From Emiliania huxleyi CCMP1516 (taxonomy: Eukaryota), in NCBI RefSeq assembly GCF_000372725.1, contig NW_005201277.1, forward strand, positions 332,511-367,976: a stretch of DNA of 35,466 nt, given 5' to 3'. The position numbers were made by a program, and so were the translations under genes. The notes below the pieces were generated by a model. That model was not told the DNA's origin. It saw only the letters and a list, made by a program, of their open reading frames with translations, and ran no database searches. How positions within the stretch are numbered: the stretch's first letter is position 1; each line of letters begins with the position of its first letter. This document shows positions 1 to 8,120 of this stretch, in pieces.

Positions 1-759
1 GCGGGGGCGGGGGCGGGGAGGGGGTGGTGGGGGGAGAGTGGGGGGCGGCGAAGACGCCCGGGCGGAGATGGAGAGGCGGGGAGGGCGGCGGAGCATGCCC
101 CCGTGAGAGAGGCCAGACGGTGTGGGAGAGAGAGAGTCGCACACCTTTGTGTCCGTCACTTCGGCCGCGATCTTGGAGTGGGCCGTGGCGGTCGTGCAGT
201 CCGTCACGTTGCTCGTGTAGCCCGAGGCCTCGATCGGATCCTCAGAGACGCAGAGCTCGGCGAGCGGCAGCGGCGGCTCCGCGCACCACACAGGGGCGCC
301 GCCGCCGCCGCACGTAACACCGACGGAGTTGACGGTGGAGTCGGCGAGCGAGCCGTCGCCAACGATGGCCGCGCCGGTGGTCTCGCCAAAGGAGGCGAGC
401 TCGGCGTCGGCCGCGGCGCCGATGGGCTTTAGGGTGGTCGGGGCGGCAGCGCGCGAGGCGGCGCCGCTGAACTTGGAGAGTTTGATCGGGTAAGAGAAGG
501 TCGGATGGAAGGTGGCGACGTCCGGACGGGCACCGAACAGCGCCCCCCCACCCCCGAGGACGTCTTGGTGGAGCAGGAGCTCCGCGGCCTTGTTGGGTTT
601 GCGCGAGGCAGACGCCGCGAGGGCGAGCGTCGGCGCGTCGGTCTCGAGCTGGATGCTGAAGTCGGTGCGGTTGCGCGTGTCGATGAGTGCCCCCCCGCGC
701 CGCGGACGGGGGCGAGAGGCGGTGTTGGAGGGCGTCGCGAGAAGAGCGAGGACGAGCAT
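1..759 (-). CDS. Putative secreted hypothetical protein, Pro/Ser-rich toward its 3' end; runs off the window
   Basis: ATG at 759 opens a stop-free frame to position 1 (not in the ORF track): MLVLALLATPSN...AEVTDTK...PSPPPPP. Hydrophobic N-terminus; possible donor AAG|GTGTGC near 146. Confidence 0.5.
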   Translation of the reverse strand, partial: MLVLALLATPSNTASRPRPRRGGALIDTRNRTDFSIQLETDAPTLALAASASRKPNKAAELLLHQDVLGGGGALFGARPDVATFHPTFSYPIKLSKFSGAASRAAAPTTLKPIGAAADAELASFGETTGAAIVGDGSLADSTVNSVGVTCGGGGAPVWCAEPPLPLAELCVSEDPIEASGYTSNVTDCTTATAHSKIAAEVTDTKVCDSLSPTPSGLSHGGMLRRPPRLSISARASSPPPTLPPPPPPRPRPR

Positions 760-897
760 GACGGCGTGCAACAGATCACGGAGAATAGGAGATCACGGGC
801 ATCTGCAAAAGAAATCGTAATCCGCGCTGGAAAGGAGCGCTTTGACCTTTGTGTTCGTGCGTCGCCCATCTCTCCCAGACTTTTCGTGCGTCGCATG

Positions 898-1012
898 AAA
901 CGGCTTCGGGAAGCCTTTAGTGCAGAAACCCTCCTTGCTGAGGCACGGCGCTCCACGGCGCTCCACGGTTACGAGTGCAGTCATTGTGCACCATATGTTC
1001 CAGCACGGCCTG
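898..1012 (-). mobile_element. Helitron Rep (HUH endonuclease) remnant, frameshifted
   Basis: Removing one copy of the 10-bp tandem duplication CACGGCGCTC (944-963) gives QAVLEHMVHNDCTRNRGAPCLSKEGFCTKGFPKPF, matching the Helitron Rep motif M(I/V)HGPC..N..PC...G.C.K.(F/Y)PK.F. Confidence 0.6.
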
Positions 1013-1062
1013 AGACCCAAACCCGCGGCGATAATTTATTTCTTTTTTTGATTTAAGCGCCT

Positions 1063-1190
1063 TCTCGAGGTTCTCAAGGTTTAGGTATGTTGTTGTTCTC
1101 AAGGTGGATATCCTTTGGCCGCGTTGGGTAGCGAGGATTGGTGTAACCCGAGCCACGCAGGCGTGCTCTCTGACGGCCGACCGTCAGTGC
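1063..1190. repeat. Diverged dispersed repeat, copy 1 (relative at about 34030-34195)
   Basis: Shared collinear blocks GTTCTCRAGGT, CTTTGGCCGCGTTGG, ATTGGTGTAA, CCACGCAGG and TCTGACG. Confidence 0.45.
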
Positions 1191-1402
1191 ACGGAGATGC
1201 CCCTTCTTCGACTGCCCCGGCTAGCACTCGAGTTTCGCGGGAGTGACCCCATGCGTCAAACCCGAGACCTAGCGCGGGTGGGTTGGAGGGGGCTCGCTGC
1301 AAGGAAGGGCCGTGTAAGAAGCCGATCCCCGCAGTCCGCCCCGCCCCTCCCCATCGGGCCGCATGAGGGGCCACGCCTCGCAGATTCGTTTTCGCGTCTG
1401 GG

Positions 1403-1938
1403 TCAGGCGCGCGGGGCATCCCCCGGGTCGAGCACGCCGTAATCGAGCGCGTAGCCCGCGGGGCATCCAGGCGCAGCACTCCTTGCAGCGACGCCTTCCT
1501 GCACTACGGTCGCTTCCACCTGGAGAGCCGGGTCGCCGGCGTAGTTGCAGCACGCGAGGACCTCGCCCTCGGCGACGTACACGCGCCACTCCGTGAGCCA
1601 GCGGACGGCGGAGGCGCACAGCAGCCGCTCCGCGCGTCGCGTGAGGCCGTGCGAGGCCAGGTCGTCCGGCTGCGCCACCACGAACCCTGTGAAGCGTTTC
1701 CTGCGGTCGAGAGGCTTTACGAAGACAGCCCCGAGCCCGCCGCCGCTGCTCGTCCCGCCGCTCCCATCAAAGTGGCGCAGCAGCTCGCCGACCGACGACG
1801 TCCAGATGCGGCGGTGCAGCTGGCAGCGCAGGCAGTGCGGGTAGTCGTCCGGCGGCGGGAGCGGCACGCCCATCCGCGCGAGGGCGCGCGAGATGGCGGC
1901 CACGCCGCCGTGCACGAACGTTGCGGACGTCAGCTGCA
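1403..1938 (-). pseudogene. R2K-clade ATP-grasp protein (DUF4343/R2K-like); 5' end in the gap, 3' end truncated
   Basis: Motifs DYP..L...LHRRIW, VFVKP...KRFTG.V, EWRVYV..GEV....Y.GDP and P.GYALDYGV. The expected terminal LVE.ND motif is absent; a stop follows LDPGDAPRA. Confidence 0.65.
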
Positions 1939-2753
1939 NNNNNNNNNNNNNNNNNNNNNNNNNNNNNNNNNNNNNNNNNNNNNNNNNNNNNNNNNNNNNN
2001 NNNNNNNNNNNNNNNNNNNNNNNNNNNNNNNNNNNNNNNNNNNNNNNNNNNNNNNNNNNNNNNNNNNNNNNNNNNNNNNNNNNNNNNNNNNNNNNNNNNN
2101 NNNNNNNNNNNNNNNNNNNNNNNNNNNNNNNNNNNNNNNNNNNNNNNNNNNNNNNNNNNNNNNNNNNNNNNNNNNNNNNNNNNNNNNNNNNNNNNNNNNN
2201 NNNNNNNNNNNNNNNNNNNNNNNNNNNNNNNNNNNNNNNNNNNNNNNNNNNNNNNNNNNNNNNNNNNNNNNNNNNNNNNNNNNNNNNNNNNNNNNNNNNN
2301 NNNNNNNNNNNNNNNNNNNNNNNNNNNNNNNNNNNNNNNNNNNNNNNNNNNNNNNNNNNNNNNNNNNNNNNNNNNNNNNNNNNNNNNNNNNNNNNNNNNN
2401 NNNNNNNNNNNNNNNNNNNNNNNNNNNNNNNNNNNNNNNNNNNNNNNNNNNNNNNNNNNNNNNNNNNNNNNNNNNNNNNNNNNNNNNNNNNNNNNNNNNN
2501 NNNNNNNNNNNNNNNNNNNNNNNNNNNNNNNNNNNNNNNNNNNNNNNNNNNNNNNNNNNNNNNNNNNNNNNNNNNNNNNNNNNNNNNNNNNNNNNNNNNN
2601 NNNNNNNNNNNNNNNNNNNNNNNNNNNNNNNNNNNNNNNNNNNNNNNNNNNNNNNNNNNNNNNNNNNNNNNNNNNNNNNNNNNNNNNNNNNNNNNNNNNN
2701 NNNNNNNNNNNNNNNNNNNNNNNNNNNNNNNNNNNNNNNNNNNNNNNNNNNNN
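1939..2753. other. Assembly gap (further 100-N gaps at 3947-4046, 24885-24984 and 33497-33596)
   Basis: Runs of N. Confidence 1.
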
Positions 2754-2899
2754 TATGATAAACTTGTTATATATTTTGATAGCAAACGTTTACAATAAGT
2801 AAAAGTAAGTTTTGTTTATCGTATGGGAGCCTGAATCGCAACATGAGCAGGAGGTATGGATGCCTTCGTAGGGGTATATCCAATGGCAGAGAAGGTGAG

Positions 2900-3946
2900 G
2901 GTGGCGTTGAGGGCGGAGGAGGCGAGAGCGGCGGCGGTGAGGGTGGCGGCGAGGGAGGTGGAGGCGAGGGTGGTGGCGGTGAGGGCGGCGGTGGTGAGGG
3001 TGGAGGCGGCGGCGGTGAGGCCGGTGGGGGCGAGGGGGGCGGTGGGCTAGGCCTCGTCTCGCTCGATTGACCCGGAGCCGTCCGCGTCAAACACGGCCCA
3101 GATCGCGTCGACGGTGGAGCGCATCTGCTGCACGCGCGTGGGCGATGTGGAGAGGCCTACAGGAATTCCGAGACGGTTCCGAGAAGGCGCACGGGAGTCG
3201 AGCGCGCGGGCGGCGTGGGGGAGGCCGAGCGTCTTGACGAGCGCGCGAACCACCTCCTCCTTCTCGAGTGAGCCCGAGTTGTCCTCATCCCAGTAATTGT
3301 ACCAGCCAAGCTTGTCGCGCGCCTTTAGGAGAGGTGGCCGAAGCTTCCGGGAAGGCTCCCAATGCCTGCACCGCCCCAACCTACCGCGCGCCATGTCCGG
3401 GATGGGGCCCTTGCCGCCGCCCGACGAGGCGAAGACCTGTCCACAGAAAAAGAAGGTGCTCCGCTCATGCCAGCCGCGCTGTCTCCGTTGCGATCCCGGC
3501 GAGGCGAGGCCTGCTGCACGAAAGCGACGAGGCCGGGCGCCTCTGCACGCTCGATGAAGCCCGACCGGTCCTACATAGGGAGGCTCCCAGAACGGGTGCG
3601 CGGAGAGGGCGACAGAGTGGAGGCGAAGACGGGGTCGGCGGCGAGGGCGGCGGCGGCGAGGGCGGCGGCGGAGACGGTGGTGACGAGGGCGGCGGCGGCG
3701 AGGGCGGCGGCGAGGGCGGCGGGGAGGCTGGAGGCGAGGGCGAGAGCGGCGGCATGCCGGTTCGCCGGGCAAGAGAGGGGAGGGAGAGCGGTCCTTGTCC
3801 CACTGCTCCCACAGCCAATGCGACGGGTCGGCCAATGCGTCATCCAGCTTCGCGGCGTCGATCGGCAGCTGCGCCTGCAGCGAAGGTTCGGAGAACCGGT
3901 TCCGAGAAGAGCCCTGCCCACCAGCCTTCTCCGCATCGGGGGCTGC
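2900..3946 (-). repeat. Near-identical second copy of the 3' half of the EF-hand gene and its adjacent GGCGAG repeat (matches about 4200-5285)
   Basis: Almost base-identical to 4351-5285, apart from a few SNPs and a 39-bp repeat-unit difference. Lies between N gaps. Confidence 0.9.
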
Positions 3947-4046
3947 NNNNNNNNNNNNNNNNNNNNNNNNNNNNNNNNNNNNNNNNNNNNNNNNNNNNNN
4001 NNNNNNNNNNNNNNNNNNNNNNNNNNNNNNNNNNNNNNNNNNNNNN

Positions 4047-4350
4047 CGGCGGCGAGGAAGGTGGTGGCGATGGCGGCGGAGGCGAGGACGGTGGCGGCGA
4101 GGGCGGTGGCGGCGAGGGCGGTGGTGGGGAGGGCGGCGGCGATGAGGGCGGCGGCGGTGAGGGCGGCGGCGAGGGCGGAGGAGGCGAGGGCGGCGGCGGT
4201 GAGGGTGGCGGCGAGGGCGGAGGAGGCGAAGGTGGCGGCGGTGAGGGTGGCGGCGAGGGAGGTGGAGGCGAGGGTGGTGGCGGTGAGGGCGGCGGTGGTG
4301 AGGGTGGAGGCGGCGGCGGTGAGGGCGGTGGGGGCGAGGGGGGCGGTGGG
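4047..4350. repeat. GGC/GAG low-complexity repeat (reads Ser-Pro3-4 on the minus strand)
   Basis: Tandem GGCGAGGGCGGCGGC-type units; related tracts at 2900-3045, 3635-3750 and 4935-5095. Confidence 0.9.
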
Positions 4351-6063
4351 CTAGGCCTCGTCTCGCTCGATTGACCCGGAGCCGTCCGCGTCAAACACGG
4401 CCCAGATCGCGTCGACGGTGGAGCGCATCTGCTGCACGCGCGTGGGCGATGTGGAGAGGCCTACAGGAATTCCGAGACGGTTCCGAGAAGGCGCACGGGA
4501 GTCGAGCGCGCGGGCGGCGTGGGGGAGGCCGAGCGTCTTGACGAGCGCGCGAACCACCTCCTCCTTCTCGAGTGAGCCCGAGTTGTCCTCATCCCAGTAA
4601 TTGTACCAGCCAAGCTTGTCGCGCGCCTTTAGGAGAGGTGGCCGAAGCTTCCGGGAAGGCTCCCAATGCCTGCACCGCCCCAACCTACCGCGCGCCATGT
4701 CCGGGATGGGGCCCTTGCCGCCGCCCGACGAGGCGAAGACCTGTCCACAGAAAAAGAAGGTGCTCCGCTCATGCCAGCCGCGCTGTCTCCGTTGCGATCC
4801 CGGCGAGGCGAGGCCTGCTGCACGAAAGCGACGAGGCCGGGCGCCTCTGCACGCTCGATGAAGCCCGACCGGTCCTACATAGGGAGGCTCCCAGAACGGG
4901 TGCGCGGAGAGGGCGACAGAGTGGAGGCAAAGACGGGGTCGGCGGCGAGGGCGGCGGGGGCGAGGGCGGCGGCGGAGACGGTGGTGACGAGGGCGGTGGC
5001 GAGGGCGGCGGCGGAGACGGTGGTGACGAGGGCGGCGGCGGCGAGGGCGGCGGCGAGGGCGGCGGGGAGGCTGGAGGCGAGGGCGAGAGCGGCGGCATGC
5101 CGGTTCGCCGGGCAAGAGAGGGGAGGGAGAGCGGTCCTTGTCCCACTGCTCCCACAGCCAATGCGACGGGTCGGCCAATGCGTCATCCAGCTTCGCGGCG
5201 TCGATCGGCAGCTGCGCCTGCAGCGAAGGTTCGGAGAACCGGTTCGGAGAAGAGCCCTGCCCACCAGCCTTCTCCGCATCGGCAGCGGCGCCTTGAGCGC
5301 CTCGATCAGCTCGTGCCTCGAGAGGCGCCCGTCCCCGTTGACGTCGACCACGCGCCACCAAGCCTGCAGGTCCGCCCGCAGGTCCGGCACGGCCAGCACC
5401 GACGAGATCGGCAGGCGCGTGAGCGGACAGTGCCTGCAGGAAGGTTCCGAGAAGGGTTCCGACGAGACGGTTCCGAGAAGGTTCCGAGAAGGTTCGGAGG
5501 AGCGGTCTTCCCTCAGCCCGACCGCGTGCAGGTGCGCCTCTCCGCCCGGAAAGGCGAATCTCGGCGAATCTCGGCGAATCTCGGCGAATCTCGGCGAATC
5601 TGGACCCGTTGCCGCTCCGCAGCCACTCCTGCGCCGCGCCGAGGTTGAAGAAGTGGTTGGAGACGCGCCGCCCGCCGGCGAGGAAGACACCCACCGGACC
5701 GCTCGCCAGCGGCTCGAAGCAGATCGGGCACTCGGCGTGCCGCAGTGCCTGGCCGTCCTGCCATGTGGGCGCCACCGGCGACGCGCCTGTCGCCGTGTCG
5801 AGCGGAGCAGTTGAAGCGACGGGCGCCCTCGGTGCTCGAAGAGAGCGCGATCGCATCGGCGATACGGGGAGTCCCATCGGGACGTCCGGCGGCGGCGTGG
5901 GCGGCGGCTCCTGCTGCGGCACCTCAACAACGAACGTCTGGCCCGCCTCCACGCCAACTGGGATCACCGTGGTGAACATCTGCCCGCCCGAGGTGGAGGG
6001 GAAGGTCACGGTCTGGCCGGGGGACATGCCCGCAGGGACACGCACAGCGAGCTTCATGCTCAT
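4351..6063 (-). CDS. RING/U-box-like + multi-EF-hand calcium-binding protein (7 exons)
   Basis: Exons 6063-5606, 5433-5292, 5217-5137, 4874-4815, 4740-4696, 4626-4530 and 4460-4351 splice in frame. They encode CPICFEPL...HFF...EWL...HCPLTR and EF loops DVNGDGRLSRHE, DKDRSGFIERAE, DEDNSGSLEKEE and DADGSGSIERDE. The 3' end may continue after a GC donor at 4356. Confidence 0.8.
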   Translation of the reverse strand: MSMKLAVRVPAGMSPGQTVTFPSTSGGQMFTTVIPVGVEAGQTFVVEVPQQEPPPTPPPDVPMGLPVSPMRSRSLRAPRAPVASTAPLDTATGASPVAPTWQDGQALRHAECPICFEPLASGPVGVFLAGGRRVSNHFFNLGAAQEWLRSGNGSRFAEIRRDSPRFAEIRLSGRRGAPARGRAEGRPLLRTFSEPSRNRLVGTLLGTFLQALSAHAPADLVGAGRAGPAGGPAGLVARGRRQRGRAPLEARADRGAQGAAADAEKAGGQGSSPNRFSEPSLQAQLPIDAAKLDDALADPSHWLWEQWDKDRSPSPLLPGEPACRRSRPRLQPPRRPRRRPRRRRPRHHRLRRRPRHRPRHHRLRRRPRPRRPRRRPRLCLHSVALSAHPFWEPPYVGPVGLHRACRGARPRRFRAAGLASPGSQRRQRGWHERSTFFFCGQVFASSGGGKGPIPDMARGRLGRCRHWEPSRKLRPPLLKARDKLGWYNYWDEDNSGSLEKEEVVRALVKTLGLPHAARALDSRAPSRNRLGIPVGLSTSPTRVQQMRSTVDAIWAVFDADGSGSIERDEA

Positions 6064-6088
6064 CGCAGCCCGCGGACGCAGGCTTGTG

Positions 6089-6089
<1 letters not shown>

Positions 6090-6124
<35 letters not shown>

Positions 6125-6137
6125 GCAGCTGCTGCAG
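6090..6137. repeat. (CTG)n microsatellite upstream of the EF-hand gene start
   Basis: Ten perfect CTG units followed by imperfect units. Confidence 0.95.
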
Positions 6138-6247
6138 GAGAGGGGTGTGGTGCGCTAGCCGCGGGCGATGGACTCGACTCGGAAGCACATTGTTTTCTTT
6201 TCCCCGTTTTTTCTTTTTCCTCGCTCGAGCCAAAATGGTGGTGTGAG

Positions 6248-6392
6248 GCGCTGCGCTAGGCTCAGAGCGAGTTCGCGCTGCGCTAGGCTCAGACGGCGAG
6301 TTCGCGCTGCGCTAGGCTCCTCATGACGGCGAGCGAGTTCGCTGCGCTCTAGGCTCAGACGCGGCGAGTTCGCGCGGCGGTCTAGGCTCGCG
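6248..6392. repeat. About 30-bp minisatellite, about 5 degenerate copies
   Basis: Unit GCGCTGCGCTAGGCTCAGACGGCGAGTTC repeated with indels. Confidence 0.85.
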
Positions 6393-6560
6393 ATGGCGAA
6401 TGCGCATTCAACCTACGGTAGAATTTCATTCACGACAAAAGGCGGTCGCACATGCATGTTTTTAGCCACTTGCGGTGAGCATCACGTGCTTCGGTGGCTC
6501 GCTCAAGCCAACATCGCCACCGCTGCATGCCTGAGGATTGTGCGCACCGGGGGGGTCTTT

Positions 6561-8015
6561 CTAGGTGCACAGTGCACGTCGCCCTGGTCGATTGTGCAAA
6601 CTTCGGCGGGCGCGCAGGCGCGCCGCGACCACGCAGTCCTTGCCGCAGTGCATGAAGCCATCGATCGTCTTGCCGCAAGTTGAGCCCAGCCCCAGCGCGA
6701 TGTACGCGCCGTACTGCGAGAGGTGCGCCAGTGCGCCCGAAGGGCCGAGTAGCGGCGCATTGACGACGAGGTCGCTGTCCAGAAACGTTGGAACCCATCC
6801 GAGCTCGATGGCGATGCGGCAGAGCTGAAATTTGGCAAAGGTGAGGGCGTAGCCATCGGCCGTAATGTCGTTGCCGTGCTCGTCTTTTCGGATCGGCAGC
6901 AGGTTCGCCGGCTCGCAGACCACGTCGACCGACCGGAGCTTGACGCACTCGTCAGTGAGCAGCGTGACGGCCCCGACGGTGACGTTGAAGCGGTGGGCGC
7001 TGCGGAAGAGATTGATCGTGAATGGCAGGGCCTCCAGCGTTGCGATGGTGAAGATGAAGCGCCGCCTCGGGCCGTCGGTGTGCAGTGCGCCTTGCACCGC
7101 CAGCTTCTGCATCACCTGCGTCAGGTTATTGCGCCCATAGAAGCCGCTCATGGTCGCTGCCAAGTGCTCCTGCAGCTCTCCAGCGTCGACCTTCTCGTGC
7201 CGATAGAAGGTATCCGCCCTCTTCCGATGCGGTCGCTTCCAGCCCTCTTTGACATAGCAGGACGTGCCCGCCACACCCGTGGCTTTGACGATGGGCTCGA
7301 TGTGAATCTCGCAGGCCGCTTTATTGTCCTTCACCTCGAACGCCCCGCAGGTTGGGTCCATGGCGCACAGCTCTCTGCATCGGGTGAGTTCCACCCGTTC
7401 CGTCGCATAGCTTCCAGCCGCGTCACTCGCTGTGCGGCAGGCTCCCTGAAAGAACCGGAAGGCATTGCCGCTCGCAGCCGGCATCGGCTGAGGGACCTGC
7501 TGCGGCTGGATCTGCAGCTGCGGCTGCGGCTGCGGCTGCGGCTGCGACTGGATCTGCAGCTGCGGCTGCGGCTGCGACTGGATCTGCAGCTGCGGCTGCG
7601 GCTGCGGCTGGATCTGCGGCTGCGGCTGCTGCGTTTGTTGCGGCTGCAGCTGCTGCGGCTGCGGCTGGGCGCGAAGGGTTTCGAGCTCCGCCCGCAGCTT
7701 CCTGATCTCAGCACCGTGCTCCTCGAGCTGGACATTGTGCTGGGCTTCAAGCCTAGCCATGAGGCCGGCGTTGCCCCCAACCGCGTGCGATTTGCGGTGC
7801 GGCCCTTGATGCTCGCCAGCGTGCGCAAGGGCTGACGGCATGTGGCGTGCAGGCCGTACAGTCATACGGCGTTGGTGCGCTGGTGCAGGCCGTACAGTCA
7901 TACGGCTTGGAGCCATGCCTGTAGAGAACATGCTGTGCAAGCCGGCGCCGATGGCAGCAGCAACGAGGTACTGGAGGATCCGAGCGACCACTGTAGGGCC
8001 GGACGAGTCGCGCAT
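6561..8015 (-). CDS. Type II membrane glycosyltransferase (nucleotide-diphospho-sugar transferase/GT77-like) with QP stem and PAN/apple-like Cys module; 3' end uncertain
   Basis: ATG at 8015; TM segment ILQYLVAAAIGAGL; coiled coil and (QP)n stem; C...C..C...C..F...C module; K......LG....FLDSDLVV DxD motif. Probably spliced near 6620 into further exons. Confidence 0.65.
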   Translation of the reverse strand: MRDSSGPTVVARILQYLVAAAIGAGLHSMFSTGMAPSRMTVRPAPAHQRRMTVRPARHMPSALAHAGEHQGPHRKSHAVGGNAGLMARLEAQHNVQLEEHGAEIRKLRAELETLRAQPQPQQLQPQQTQQPQPQIQPQPQPQLQIQSQPQPQLQIQSQPQPQPQPQLQIQPQQVPQPMPAASGNAFRFFQGACRTASDAAGSYATERVELTRCRELCAMDPTCGAFEVKDNKAACEIHIEPIVKATGVAGTSCYVKEGWKRPHRKRADTFYRHEKVDAGELQEHLAATMSGFYGRNNLTQVMQKLAVQGALHTDGPRRRFIFTIATLEALPFTINLFRSAHRFNVTVGAVTLLTDECVKLRSVDVVCEPANLLPIRKDEHGNDITADGYALTFAKFQLCRIAIELGWVPTFLDSDLVVNAPLLGPSGALAHLSQYGAYIALGLGSTCGKTIDGFMHCGKDCVVAARLRARRSLHNRPGRRALCT

Positions 8016-8120
8016 GGCTCCGGCGCGCACCGGCAGCACGCCGCGCTGCGCAGATCGGCGAGGCCTTGTGCAACGTGCGTGACGCCCATCCCAAAGGCGC
8101 TGTTGTGGCGGCGGCGCTTT

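Noticed and set aside
1649..2802. Long ORFs spanning the first gap
   Set aside because: They are open only because N runs contain no stop codons.
3840..4394. Extensin-like SPPPP ORFs (also 2767-3090 and 4769-5161)
   Set aside because: They lack a signal peptide or credible start, and the tracts lie inside or just after the EF-hand gene model. Treated as repeats.
6248..6392. Possible CRISPR array (also the CTAAGT arrays at 31725-32589)
   Set aside because: Repeats are degenerate or only 8 bp long, there are no cas genes, and the context is eukaryotic.
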